Shown: one piece after another, positions 46,259-55,940 of the stretch
Layout: every line of letters starts with the position of its first letter
Position numbering within the stretch: the first letter of the stretch is position 1
DNA from: Candidatus Fraserbacteria bacterium
Lineage (GTDB): Bacteria; Bipolaricaulota; Bipolaricaulia; RBG-16-55-9
Direction of reading: 5' to 3'
Length of the DNA stretch: 60,161 bases
Assembly (NCBI GenBank): GCA_037442925.1
Contig: JBBIPG010000005.1
Coordinates: 1 to 60,161, forward strand
Translations under genes and position numbers: made by a program
Notes under the pieces: generated by a model
The model's input: only the letters and a program-made list of their open reading frames with translations
The model's database searches: none
What the model was told of the DNA's origin: nothing

Positions 46259-47746
46259 ATGTCGTGGAGTCTGAAGTATAAATTCATCGTAACGCTCGCG
46301 GCCTTCACGGTCGTACTTTCCGTCTCGTTCGGACTCATTGCGATCCAGAGGCTCAATTCAGATCTGGAAGACCAAATACTCAAGCAAGGGGAGTATATCG
46401 CCAACGATCTGAAGGCCAAATCGTTTGGTGCCAACAGCGAGAGCTTCCTCGCTCAAATTGCCCAAGGGTATTGGATCCTCTGGGCCGGAGGCGGAAACGT
46501 CTTCTACGTTCAGGTCGTTAAGTATGGCCAACCTTATACTGGTGTTTTGGGGAGAACCGAAAGAATCAAGGAGCTAAAGCTACTAGATGAAGTTCTCACA
46601 CCTCCCGTCTCAGAGTCTCGCAGCCATCGTGTGACTTCTGAAGGCGTGCCCTATCTCGATTTGATCAAACCTGTGGGTGAGACGGAAGCCATTGACATCA
46701 ACACAGGCGAGCTGAAACAGCTGCCAAACTATGTGAGGATTGGCCTCTCGCTGGCAGCCGTTCAAGAGCAGGTCCGCAGAGAGTTTCTCATCATCTCCGG
46801 CCTGTCTGCACTCTACATTGTGGTGGGCCTGCTGATCGCCTTCTGGCTCTACCAGAGCATCTTAGGACCTATCGACGTGCTTACCCAGTCTGTGAAGCGC
46901 TTCAAACGAGATCGGCAGGCGCGGGCCCATGTGACGAGTCGCGATGAACTCCGAACACTGGCGGAGGAATTCAACCGTATGGCGGACTCCATTCAAGAAC
47001 GAGATGAAAGACTTGAGCGGGTCAATCGCGAGCTGCGCAAGGCCAATCAAGTGAAGAGCGAGTTCTTGGCCGTCATGGGCCATGAACTCAAGACTCCCAT
47101 TCATGCCATCCGTGGCTACTCCCAGCTGTTGCTTGAAGGCATTGATGGATCTCTTACCGTAGCGCAACAGGAAGATCTCGAGAACATCGTCAAATCCGGC
47201 GATCACTTGAGGGCATTGATCGACAACATTCTGCAATTTAGCAAGCTGGAAGCAGGCGGGGAGACGCTCCACCCCACGGAGGTGGAAGTGGGGCGCCTGC
47301 TGGAGGAAGCGCTTCAGAACGTGAAAGTCCTGGCACGCGAGAAGGGGATCGAGCTCCACGCCCATGCGAATGGGCTGCGAATCCAGGCGGACGAGACGAA
47401 ACTCAAGCAGGTGTTGATCAATCTCTTGAGCAATGCGCTCAAGTACACGCCACGAGGGCAGGTCGATGTGACGGTAGAACGACGCAACGGGGAAGTCTTA
47501 TTTGCCGTGAAAGACACCGGCATTGGCATTCCAGAGGAGTACCACGAGAAGATCTTCGAGCCGTTCACGCAGCTGGATTCTTCCACGACTCGCCCGTGGG
47601 GGGGCCTCGGCTTGGGGCTCTCGATTGTCAAGAAATATGTAGAGATGCACGGTGGCCGCATTTGGCTTACGAGTCGTGTAGGAGCGGGGACCACGTTCTA
47701 TTTCACGATCCCCGAACAGAGCTGCCAAGGTGGTGAGAACGCGTGA
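46259..47746 (+). CDS. Sensor histidine kinase (TM-sensor-TM-HAMP-HisKA-HATPase)
   Basis: HELKTP, QVLINLLSNALKYT, DTGIGI, GLGLGL. Confidence 0.95.
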   Translation: MSWSLKYKFIVTLAAFTVVLSVSFGLIAIQRLNSDLEDQILKQGEYIANDLKAKSFGANSESFLAQIAQGYWILWAGGGNVFYVQVVKYGQPYTGVLGRTERIKELKLLDEVLTPPVSESRSHRVTSEGVPYLDLIKPVGETEAIDINTGELKQLPNYVRIGLSLAAVQEQVRREFLIISGLSALYIVVGLLIAFWLYQSILGPIDVLTQSVKRFKRDRQARAHVTSRDELRTLAEEFNRMADSIQERDERLERVNRELRKANQVKSEFLAVMGHELKTPIHAIRGYSQLLLEGIDGSLTVAQQEDLENIVKSGDHLRALIDNILQFSKLEAGGETLHPTEVEVGRLLEEALQNVKVLAREKGIELHAHANGLRIQADETKLKQVLINLLSNALKYTPRGQVDVTVERRNGEVLFAVKDTGIGIPEEYHEKIFEPFTQLDSSTTRPWGGLGLGLSIVKKYVEMHGGRIWLTSRVGAGTTFYFTIPEQSCQGGENA

Positions 47747-48408
47747 AGATCCTGATTGCCGAGGACGATTCCAAGTCCCTGGCGTTGATCAGAAAATATC
47801 TGGAGGCCAAGAGCCACGTCGTGATGGCGGCACGCGACGGTCGGGAAGCTCTCGAGAGATTCTCTCAAGAGAACCCGGATATTGTGCTTCTCGATGTGAT
47901 GATGCCAAAGATGGATGGTTGGGGAGTGCTCGAGGAGATTCGCAAGACCAGCAATACACCGGTCATCATGGTGACCGTGAAAGATTCCACCGAAGACAAA
48001 GTCCGCGGCCTCTCCTCTGGAGTTGATGACTACATCACCAAACCGTTCGACCTAAGGGAGGTCGAAGCTCGGATTGAGGCGGTGATGCGTCGCTATAAAT
48101 CGGCCGTCTCTCAGCTGGAGATCGGATCCCTTTACATCGATGACGAGAAGAAGCAGGTCACCATTGAGGGTCGCCCCATCGAGCTGTCCCCGAAGGAATA
48201 CGATCTTCTGCTGTTCTTGGCATCCAAGCCCGGCAGAGTCTTCTCTCAAGAGGAGATTCTTCAGAACGTTTGGGCAGGAAGCACCTATGCCGGAGCGGAA
48301 GACGTCAAAAAATATATCTATCTATTGCGCAACAAGATCGAAAAGAACCCCGAAGATCCTCAGATTATCCTCACGGTACGAGGCTTTGGCTACAAGCTAA
48401 ACGCCTGA
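47743..48408 (+). CDS. OmpR/PhoB-family response regulator
   Basis: AEDD, LDVMMP, DDYITKPF, TVRGFGY. Confidence 0.95.
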   Translation: MKILIAEDDSKSLALIRKYLEAKSHVVMAARDGREALERFSQENPDIVLLDVMMPKMDGWGVLEEIRKTSNTPVIMVTVKDSTEDKVRGLSSGVDDYITKPFDLREVEARIEAVMRRYKSAVSQLEIGSLYIDDEKKQVTIEGRPIELSPKEYDLLLFLASKPGRVFSQEEILQNVWAGSTYAGAEDVKKYIYLLRNKIEKNPEDPQIILTVRGFGYKLNA

Positions 48409-48409
48409 C

Positions 48410-49438
48410 CTAGGTTTCAGGCACCAAGATGATCTTGCCGAACTGCTCACGGTTCTCCATGAGCTGTTGCGCTTTAGCTGCCTCTTCCAGTGGGAAGACT
48501 CGATGCACTACAGGCTTGAGTTTCCGCTCCCAGATGAGCTTCATCACGTCAGCCACTTCTTTGCGGTTGCCCATGGTCGTCCCAATGATCTGCAGTTGTC
48601 TCCAGAATACTAAGCGAATATCCGTAGGTGGCGTGGGACCCGTGGTAGCTCCAAACGTGACCAGGCGTCCATTGCGGGCCAAGCTCCTCAGGCTCTTCTG
48701 CCACGTGGCTTCGCCGACACTGTCGATGACCACATCTACGCCGCGCTTGTTCGTGAGCTGCCAGACCTCTTTGCCAAAGTCTTTCTCCGTATGGTTGATG
48801 AGGATATCAGCGCCCAGTTCTTTGAGTTTTCGGAGTTTTGTCTCTGTGCCTGCTACAGCGAAGACCTTTGCACCTGCTAGCTTGGCAATCTGCACGCAGG
48901 CGGTTCCCACCCCGCCTGCCGCTCCCAATATGAGCACATCTTCGCCGGGGCGAACTCTCGCGCGGCTGATGAGCGCACGCCATGCCGTTTGAAACACCAA
49001 CGGTGCCGCGGCAGCCTCCTCAAACGAGAAACCTTCCGGGATTCTCATGAGGTTCCGCGCCGGGACTTTCACGAATTCGGCGTAGCCTCCATCCACATGC
49101 TCGCCGATGATGTGGTACGAGTAGCAGAGCGGGTCCTCGCCCTGCTGGCAATACTCACAGTCACCGCAGCTGACCCCCGGATTGATGACCACGCGATCGC
49201 CCCGGGCCCAACCCTTCGCATCTTGGCCCACTTCTTCGATCACCCCGGCTACATCGCAACCGGGAATGAGAGGCAGCCGTATGCCGGGGATGCCTCGGCG
49301 TGCCCAGAGATCCAGATAATTGAGAGCGCATGCCTTCACGCGAATCAAGACTTCATCGCGGGCGATCTCAGGCACCGAGACATCTTCATAGCGGAGCACT
49401 TCGGGACCGCCGTGCTCGTGGATACGAACGGCCTTCAT
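48410..49438 (-). CDS. Zinc-binding dehydrogenase/quinone oxidoreductase (MDR family)
   Basis: HGGPEVL, CGDCEYC...C, GAAGGVG, FGKIIL. Confidence 0.9.
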   Translation of the reverse strand: MKAVRIHEHGGPEVLRYEDVSVPEIARDEVLIRVKACALNYLDLWARRGIPGIRLPLIPGCDVAGVIEEVGQDAKGWARGDRVVINPGVSCGDCEYCQQGEDPLCYSYHIIGEHVDGGYAEFVKVPARNLMRIPEGFSFEEAAAAPLVFQTAWRALISRARVRPGEDVLILGAAGGVGTACVQIAKLAGAKVFAVAGTETKLRKLKELGADILINHTEKDFGKEVWQLTNKRGVDVVIDSVGEATWQKSLRSLARNGRLVTFGATTGPTPPTDIRLVFWRQLQIIGTTMGNRKEVADVMKLIWERKLKPVVHRVFPLEEAAKAQQLMENREQFGKIILVPET

Positions 49439-49447
49439 CGGCTCACC

Positions 49448-50047
49448 TCAGATCGTCACCCGTCCCTGAAGCGCGCGGCTTAGGGTGAGTTCATCAGCGA
49501 ACTCGAGGTCGCGACCGATGGGCACACCCTGTGCGATCCGCGTGGCAGAGATCCCTAGAGGCTTAATCTTGCGGGCCAGATACATCGCCGTCGCTTCCCC
49601 TTCCACCTTGGGATCGAGCGCGAGGATCACTTCCTTGACTTGGCCTCCTTCGAGCCGTCGCATGAGTTCCTCAATGTGGAGGTCTTCTGGTTGGATGTCG
49701 TTCACCGGTGAGATGAGGTCGCCCAGCACGTGGTAAAGACCGTGGTACCCGTTCGTGCGTTCCAGTTTCCAAAGCTCTTGGGGGTGGCTTACGACACAGA
49801 TCACCGACCGATCGCGCTCAGCGTCCCGGCAGATGGAGCAGAGCTCTTCTTCCGAGAAATTGAAGCATTCTTTGCAGAGGCGGATCTTCGCTTTAAGTTC
49901 AGCAAGGGCTTCGCTGAGGAGCCGGACTTCCTCTGTGGGTTGATTCAACAGATGAAATGCTAAGCGTTCGGCTGTTCTTTGTCCGATGCTGGGGAGCTTC
50001 TTAAGCTCGTGGATGAGCTGGCTGAGAGCTTCTGGATACTGTGCCAT
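49448..50047 (-). CDS. recR: Recombination protein RecR
   Basis: LPSIG.RTAERLA, C4 zinc finger, YHVLG, EGEATA. Confidence 0.96.
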   Translation of the reverse strand: MAQYPEALSQLIHELKKLPSIGQRTAERLAFHLLNQPTEEVRLLSEALAELKAKIRLCKECFNFSEEELCSICRDAERDRSVICVVSHPQELWKLERTNGYHGLYHVLGDLISPVNDIQPEDLHIEELMRRLEGGQVKEVILALDPKVEGEATAMYLARKIKPLGISATRIAQGVPIGRDLEFADELTLSRALQGRVTI

Positions 50048-50051
50048 TGCA

Positions 50052-50381
50052 TCAAAACAACCCAGGGATGTTGGGGAGTCCTAGGCTGCCGATTAGGCTT
50101 CCCATCTCCTTTTGGGCTGCCTCCTTGGCTTTGGTCTGTGCTTCCTTGATGGCGGCCAAAATCAAGTCCTCCAGCATGTCAACCTCTTGGGGGTTGACCA
50201 CTTCTTTATCAATCTGAACATCTAAAATCTCATCTTTCCCATTGGCAATGACTTTGACCATCCCGCCTCCGGAGGTGGCCTCGATCCGAAGGCTGGCCAG
50301 TTCTTCCTGTTTCTTCTGGACAAGCTCTTGAGCTTTTTTCATCTGCTTCATCACTTCGCCCAGCTTGCCGGGAAATTGCAT
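50052..50381 (-). CDS. ybaB: YbaB/EbfC nucleoid-associated protein
   Basis: SGGGMVKV, MLEDLILAA; lies between dnaX and recR. Confidence 0.94.
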   Translation of the reverse strand: MQFPGKLGEVMKQMKKAQELVQKKQEELASLRIEATSGGGMVKVIANGKDEILDVQIDKEVVNPQEVDMLEDLILAAIKEAQTKAKEAAQKEMGSLIGSLGLPNIPGLF

Positions 50382-50439
50382 TGTTCCTCCTCCTCTACGG
50401 TGCTGGTGTCATTATAGGGAGCTACTCGCAAGCTAGCAA

Positions 50440-51990
50440 TTATCTGCGGATCTCGCCTTCAAAGGTCCTACGAACCAGTTCTGCTTTCTCGCGCAGCGTC
50501 TCTGCTTTGGACTTCGGCGGAGTTTCGGGCGTGGCTTTGTCTTGAGAAAAGCCGATCTTGAGCTCCACACTATTCCCGTAGATCTCTTTCACGAGGGACC
50601 GCATGAATTGCAGGTTCTCCGGCTGCTCCAAGCGATCTTTGTGGAAGCTATACTCTGGCGAGTATTCGATCCACAAGGTTCCTTCTCTCTCGCGAGCCTC
50701 CGCTTCGGTCAAGAGAGCGTGAACAGCAATGCGTTCTTTCTTGACGCGTTCCAAAAGTTCCTGCCAGTGATGGCTCTTGTCGGGTTTGCGCTCTTTTGGA
50801 GCTTGCTCGGCGCTAGAAACTCTCTTTCGCGCGGGTGATGCCGGAGCCGCTGGTGCGGTCTTTGGGATCTTCGTGCTCGATGCGGGGGCTGATTCGCGGG
50901 GCGTAGTCTCTGTTGTTGCTGATGCCGTCGATGGAGAACGAGCAAGCTGGAGTGCCTTGACTTCCAAGAACATCCTCTTATCGAAGGCGTATCTCAGTTC
51001 CCGTTTCAGCTCCAGGAGCGCTCCGGTGAGGCGGACCCAGTCCTCTTGGCGGCCGGGAAATTCGTTGGCTTTGGCACTGAGTTTTTCTACAAGCACGTCT
51101 CGGCTGCGGTGAAGCAGCTCCTCGAGAAACACCTCGATATCCCGACCGCGCTCCGCAAGGTCTGCAACGAGCTGAAGGGCTTTTGGTGCATCTGCCGTGA
51201 TGAGAGCCTTTAGAAACTCATCGAGTATCTCTTGAGGGGGCAATCCCAGAATCTCATCGAGATCCTGAGCGACGATGGTGGTGTGACCTTTGAAGGAGAC
51301 GAGTTGTTCCAAAAGCACGAGAGCATCGCGCAGCGCGCCGCGGGCATGGCGGGCGATGGCTCGAAGAGCCGTCTCCTCCACCTGAAAGCCTTCGGATTTC
51401 GCAATCTCAGCCAGTTGGGCTTCGATCATCTCTTGAGGAATGTTCTTGAACTCAAAGGCTTGGCACCGCGAGAGGACGGTGGGTGGGACCTTGTGTGGTT
51501 CTGTGGTAGCGAAGATGAAGATGACGCGTTCTGGTGGCTCTTCGAGAGTCTTAAGGAGTGCATTGAAGGCCTCGTTGGTGAGCATGTGGACTTCGTCGAT
51601 GATGTAGACTTTGTAGCGGCCTTCGGCGGGCGCGAAGTTCACTTCTTCGCGGAGTTGGCGGATCTGGTCGATGCCACGGTTGGAGGCGCCGTCGATCTCG
51701 ATCACGTCCAGTGCGCTGCCGCGCGTGATTCGCTGGCAGCTAGGACACTCATTGCAGGGTTCGCCATCTGTGCGCTTAGGGCAATTGATGGCCTTAGCAA
51801 AGATGCGGGCTATGGATGTTTTGCCTATCCCACGTGGGCCAGCGAAGAGATAGGCATGGGCGATCTGGTTCTGAGCGATGGCGTTTTTGAGTGTCTGGAC
51901 GGTGTATTGCTGTCCGACCACTTCAGAAAACTTCTGGGGGCGCCACTTGCGATAGAGCGATTGGTAAGGCGTGCGTTGTCCCTCAGCCAA
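50440..51990 (-). CDS. dnaX: DNA polymerase III gamma/tau
   Basis: LYRKWRP, GPRGIGKT, EIDGASN, IDEVHML; start reset to TTG 51990 behind a GAGGGGG RBS because the track ORF runs through tRNA-Pro. Confidence 0.95.
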   Translation of the reverse strand: MAEGQRTPYQSLYRKWRPQKFSEVVGQQYTVQTLKNAIAQNQIAHAYLFAGPRGIGKTSIARIFAKAINCPKRTDGEPCNECPSCQRITRGSALDVIEIDGASNRGIDQIRQLREEVNFAPAEGRYKVYIIDEVHMLTNEAFNALLKTLEEPPERVIFIFATTEPHKVPPTVLSRCQAFEFKNIPQEMIEAQLAEIAKSEGFQVEETALRAIARHARGALRDALVLLEQLVSFKGHTTIVAQDLDEILGLPPQEILDEFLKALITADAPKALQLVADLAERGRDIEVFLEELLHRSRDVLVEKLSAKANEFPGRQEDWVRLTGALLELKRELRYAFDKRMFLEVKALQLARSPSTASATTETTPRESAPASSTKIPKTAPAAPASPARKRVSSAEQAPKERKPDKSHHWQELLERVKKERIAVHALLTEAEAREREGTLWIEYSPEYSFHKDRLEQPENLQFMRSLVKEIYGNSVELKIGFSQDKATPETPPKSKAETLREKAELVRRTFEGEIRR

Positions 51991-52006
51991 GCTGATCCCC
52001 CTCGGG

Positions 52007-52080
52007 TCGGAGAGGCCGGATTTGAACCGGCGACCTCTTGGTCCCAAACCAAGCGCGCTAGCCAGCTGCGCCACTCTCCG
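52007..52080 (-). tRNA. tRNA-Pro(TGG)
   Basis: CGGAGAG acceptor stem, CTTGG-TTTGGGA-CCAAG anticodon arm, GGTTCAAATCC. Confidence 0.95.
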
Positions 52081-52091
52081 CAATCTGCTGG

Positions 52092-52120
52092 ATTATACGA
52101 AGGGCTTCCAGATTCGTCAA
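52092..52120 (-). promoter_or_regulatory. Sigma70 promoter for tRNA-Pro-dnaX
   Basis: TTGACG-17 bp-TATAAT. Confidence 0.8.
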
Positions 52121-52165
52121 GGCAATTTGCCCTGTCCGAGAAGCAATTCTACAATCATACACACG

Positions 52166-52675
52166 ATGTCTACACGACTTCTCGTTCAACATCTACAGCG
52201 CGATCTCGAATCTGCCTATCACGGCAGCCGCTGGCACTCGTTCCAATCTGCACTCAAAGGGATTCAACCCCAAGAAGCCCTCTGGGCACCGCCTGCATAT
52301 CAGGGCTTCCCCTGGATGAAAGGCTCGATTCTGGAGATCGTCTTCCACGTGGGAGGCGATAGCCTCTATCAGCTCGATCATGCCCTGGGAAAGCAAAAGC
52401 TCACCTGGGAAGGTCTTAAAGAGCGCTTCCGTGCAGAGGGCGGCCACCTCCATGCAGCACTGCATCTTGCAGAAGAAGGGTACAAAGCCCTTCAGCAAGC
52501 GCTCGATTCACTCGCAGATGAAGACCTCACTCGCACGTACCCGACGCCCGAAGGCGAGGGCGAACGTACGCTCGAAGCGTTTTTTCGCATGATGATCGAG
52601 CACTATCTCTACCATGCAGGCCAGATCATGTACGTGCGCTGTCTCTGGCAGGGCCTTCGGCAGCAAAAGTCCTAA
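52166..52675 (+). CDS. DinB family protein
   Basis: SILEIVFHV and IEHYLYHAGQI His motifs. Confidence 0.85.
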   Translation: MSTRLLVQHLQRDLESAYHGSRWHSFQSALKGIQPQEALWAPPAYQGFPWMKGSILEIVFHVGGDSLYQLDHALGKQKLTWEGLKERFRAEGGHLHAALHLAEEGYKALQQALDSLADEDLTRTYPTPEGEGERTLEAFFRMMIEHYLYHAGQIMYVRCLWQGLRQQKS

Positions 52676-52681
52676 GCCTTC

Positions 52682-53419
52682 TTAGTAGCTTTCGTCTTGC
52701 TGCTGGAAGAAGGGCAGCTTGGCAGGAAACCCCAAAAAGGGGCGGATGAGCAAGATGGGAAAGCTGCGGGCTGTACGGTTGTAAGCAGCGACGGCCTCGT
52801 TATAGCGCTGACGCTCCACGGTGATACGATTCTCCGCGCCGGCGATCTCGTCTCTGAAGCCGGCTAGCACCGTGCCCAATCGCCTTGCTGCTTCACTTAG
52901 CTTCTCTTCAAGAGCTTGACGCTCCTCGAGCGTCTTTGCTTGCTGTAATTGCTCGATCAGCCCTTCGATGGAGGCGAACAGTTGGCGCTCGCTAGAAGCG
53001 GATTCTTTCGCTAAGGGGATCAGGCTACGCAGCTTATCCTGACGGCTTTGCAAGACGTTTTCCAGCTGAGCTCTTCTCTGCTCTATGTCAGCTAGCCGAC
53101 TGCTGAGTGTCCCATAGCTATACAAAGCAGAAAGCAAGAGGAAGGCTCCCAGGATGAGGCCGGTGAGGATAAGAGTGCGTCGTCGGGCCGCGCGACGGAG
53201 AGCCTGCTGCTCGCGCTCTGCTTTCAGCTCACGAATCGCCTGCTCGACGAACTCTTCCGAGATGCCCACGGCCCCGGCTCCCGCCTTCAGCGCTTCTGGG
53301 GAGAGGCGTTCCTTCGTCTGCTCGGACCGGCTCTGCAGCTCCGCCGCCCGCTGCAAGATGGCATCCACTTCTGGCTCTGTGAAGCCTTCTTGGGTTAGAC
53401 GCTCCTTAGAGTCCGTCAT
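52682..53419 (-). CDS. LemA-family protein with extra N-terminal helical domain
   Basis: EIAGAENRITVERQRYNEAV..YN...FP; central TM; N-terminal EVDAILQRAAELQ domain. Confidence 0.82.
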   Translation of the reverse strand: MTDSKERLTQEGFTEPEVDAILQRAAELQSRSEQTKERLSPEALKAGAGAVGISEEFVEQAIRELKAEREQQALRRAARRRTLILTGLILGAFLLLSALYSYGTLSSRLADIEQRRAQLENVLQSRQDKLRSLIPLAKESASSERQLFASIEGLIEQLQQAKTLEERQALEEKLSEAARRLGTVLAGFRDEIAGAENRITVERQRYNEAVAAYNRTARSFPILLIRPFLGFPAKLPFFQQQDESY

Positions 53420-53425
53420 CTCTTT

Positions 53426-54571
53426 TTAGAAGCTGCGTCCGGCCCCGCCCCCGCCGGAGCGGCCCCCACCAAAACTGCCTCCTCCCCTACTAAAGCCGCC
53501 GCCACCCCAGCCCCCAGAGCTTCCTGAAGAAGTCCAGCCGCCACCGCCCCGTGAAGCTCCACCACCAGAGACGACGATTATAGGGCGCTCCCGCCGCGGG
53601 ATGCGGTGTTCTCTTACGGACTCATATTTGCACTTGGGGAAGCGACACGAGCGGGTGATCTGCTCCAGTCCGTCTCGCTCGTAGGTGGGGTCTCGCAGCC
53701 TGTAGGATCTTACAGCAACGGTGCGATGCCCGCACTGGGGACACTCTTCATAGCCGCTGAACCAGCGGATCGCTGGCTCGATGTGATTGATCTGGCACTC
53801 ATCGCAGCGCCAGACGCGATAGTCCACGCTGCCGATCTCCTCTTCAAATCTCTGCGCCACTTCCAAATATGCATCGTCTTGCTCTTCGGTCAGGCGGCGC
53901 ATGGGCCTGTGACACTGTGGACAAAGGCGTCTTCTGGAGCGCCACAGGCCATAGCCTACGGCAGCGGCGATGAGCAGAAGCACCAGCGTGCCAAAGGGAA
54001 ATCCGGAAGGGCGCTTTTCTGCCGAGGGCACCACATCCCAACTGGCGTTCTTAAGTATCCCGATCATCGCCTGCACCCCAGCCAGCAGCCCTTGCCCATA
54101 ATCGCCCTGGCGAAACTGCGGGAGCACATACTCATCTAGAATCTCCCCGATTTGGCCATCAGGCAAGAAGGGCTCAACGCCGTAGCCCGTCTCCACTTCA
54201 ATACGCCGATCTTCGAGGGCCAGCAACACGAGAACACCGTTGTCTCGGCCCCTCTCGCCGATGCCCCAGCGATTGAGTAGTTCCGTAGCGAACTCCTTGG
54301 GCGTGCGGCCCTGAGCGCGACGGATCGTGACTACGGCAATCTCAGCTCCGGTCCGGCGCTTGAACTCGTCAATCATAGCATTGAGCTGACGCTCCCTCTC
54401 GGCGTCGATCACATTGGCCATATCGCTCACCCAGGCGTTGGCTGCCCTGGGATTGGGCACATCCTCCGGTCTCTGTGCCCACGCCGGAGCACTCATCATC
54501 AATACAGAAGCCCACACCACGAGCGCCAGAGCTCGAAGGGAGATGAACCACATTGGGGGGTCTCCTTTCAC
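53426..54571 (-). CDS. TPM-domain protein with zinc ribbons and Gly-rich tail
   Basis: VSDMANVI, AEIAVVT, WGIG..DNGVL, EVETGYGVE..LPD; several CxxC; GGGSFGGGRSGGGGA. Confidence 0.88.
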   Translation of the reverse strand: MKGDPPMWFISLRALALVVWASVLMMSAPAWAQRPEDVPNPRAANAWVSDMANVIDAERERQLNAMIDEFKRRTGAEIAVVTIRRAQGRTPKEFATELLNRWGIGERGRDNGVLVLLALEDRRIEVETGYGVEPFLPDGQIGEILDEYVLPQFRQGDYGQGLLAGVQAMIGILKNASWDVVPSAEKRPSGFPFGTLVLLLIAAAVGYGLWRSRRRLCPQCHRPMRRLTEEQDDAYLEVAQRFEEEIGSVDYRVWRCDECQINHIEPAIRWFSGYEECPQCGHRTVAVRSYRLRDPTYERDGLEQITRSCRFPKCKYESVREHRIPRRERPIIVVSGGGASRGGGGWTSSGSSGGWGGGGFSRGGGSFGGGRSGGGGAGRSF

Positions 54572-55101
54572 GAAGCGGGGTTCTCTTTGGGTGCCGAAGC
54601 CTGCCGAATGATTCCCGCCAACTGCTCTAGACCCTGCTGAAGAGCCTCATAGATGTGACCCTCTTTTAACAGCGGAACCACTCGCTCGTCGAGGACTTGG
54701 CCCGACTCTACATCCGAGATGATCCACTCCCAGGCGTAGCCGACTTCGCATTCCACCCGCCGCTCCTTTTGAGCCAGCAAGATCAACAAGCCCGCGTGAG
54801 TCTCTCCGCCCACCTGCCAACGATTGAAGAGCCAGAAGATATACTCTGAAGGCTTGACGGGTCGCGTGGATTTCACCGTCGCCACCACCAATTCACCCCC
54901 CAACTCCTGATGCCACTGGGTGAGTTGTTCCTCCAGCTGCTTCTGTTCTTGGGGAGAAAGCAAGAGAGAAAAGTCGTTGACGAAGCCCATTCTCTTTGGG
55001 ACGGCGCGGAGTTTTTTATCCAGATCTTGTAGGCCGAACCCGCAGCCGCGGCAGCGGGGCAAATAATCTGTGACGATCAGGCCGCAGCGGGGGCACTTCA
55101 T
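54568..55101 (-). CDS. Zinc-ribbon plus TPM-domain protein
   Basis: MKCPRCG...CRGCG, FVNDFSLLL, ECEVGYAWE; no signal peptide. Confidence 0.82.
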   Translation of the reverse strand: MKCPRCGLIVTDYLPRCRGCGFGLQDLDKKLRAVPKRMGFVNDFSLLLSPQEQKQLEEQLTQWHQELGGELVVATVKSTRPVKPSEYIFWLFNRWQVGGETHAGLLILLAQKERRVECEVGYAWEWIISDVESGQVLDERVVPLLKEGHIYEALQQGLEQLAGIIRQASAPKENPAS

Positions 55102-55796
55102 GGGTGCTCGGCTTTTGGGGCCTCCGAGGCCGGCAGCATCCCCAGCTTCCGCTTGTATTCGGCCAATTGCTCCTCGACTCCGATTTGAGCGGTAGCCCGG
55201 CGAATCTCCCTAATACGGGCGTCCACGCCGGAGGTGGCCAACTCCACCCGCGCTTGCGCCCGAGCCGTCCGCTCGGCCACCTTCTCCCGCATCCGCTCTA
55301 GGGCATCCGTAGGCTGTCCTACTTCAAAAGACGCCATCAAGTGTGCGAGCTCCTGTTGCATCTGGGCCAACTTCGCTTGGCCGATTAAGCGCTTGGCTTC
55401 CGCGATCTTCGGCTCCATCTCCCGTTGATAGTCTTCCAGGGCCTTCTTCGCTTGCTCGGAGGCTTTCTTGGCCGTCCCGGATTGCTCCAGGGTGTCCTGA
55501 AGGCTCTCCTCGGCCATGGCCTTGGCCGCGATCAGCGTCTTGGCTTCCTCTTCGTAGCCCAGCTTCAGGGCGGCGACGATTTGCTTGTCAAAATCCTCGA
55601 TCTGCTTGCGCAGATGATCCGTTTGCTGCGTGAGTTGAATCTCCGTGGCCATCACTTCGGCCACGGTGGCCCGCAATTTCGGCAGCTTGGCCCGCAAGTC
55701 ATCCATATATTGGCGGAGCAGAAGTTCCGGGTCCTCTGCGCGGCGTAGCAGCGCCCCGAAGAAGGAGCGCAGCACCATCCACAATCGCTGTAGCAT
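55098..55796 (-). CDS. pspA: PspA/IM30 (ESCRT-III-like) family protein
   Basis: Amphipathic N-terminus, AEDPELLLRQY..DL, long coiled coil, LERMREKV; AGGAGG RBS. Confidence 0.88.
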   Translation of the reverse strand: MLQRLWMVLRSFFGALLRRAEDPELLLRQYMDDLRAKLPKLRATVAEVMATEIQLTQQTDHLRKQIEDFDKQIVAALKLGYEEEAKTLIAAKAMAEESLQDTLEQSGTAKKASEQAKKALEDYQREMEPKIAEAKRLIGQAKLAQMQQELAHLMASFEVGQPTDALERMREKVAERTARAQARVELATSGVDARIREIRRATAQIGVEEQLAEYKRKLGMLPASEAPKAEHP

Positions 55797-55940
55797 TATG
55801 CCCTCCCTCCTTATGCCTATGTCGGCAGTATAAGAGACTGCTTCCGGAAGTGCCAATCCGGGCGTGCTTGTTGTCCTGGCCTCGCCCGTGGTAAACTCTT
55901 AGTCCAATGGGCATCTCAAATAAACATTAGGAGGTCCGCA

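Noticed and set aside
51232-52362. 376-aa plus-strand ORF and dnaX extension to 52083
   Set aside because: Antisense shadow of dnaX; both run through tRNA-Pro
53426-53570. GC-rich low-complexity repeat
   Set aside because: Encodes the ordinary Gly/Ser tail of TPM-domain proteins
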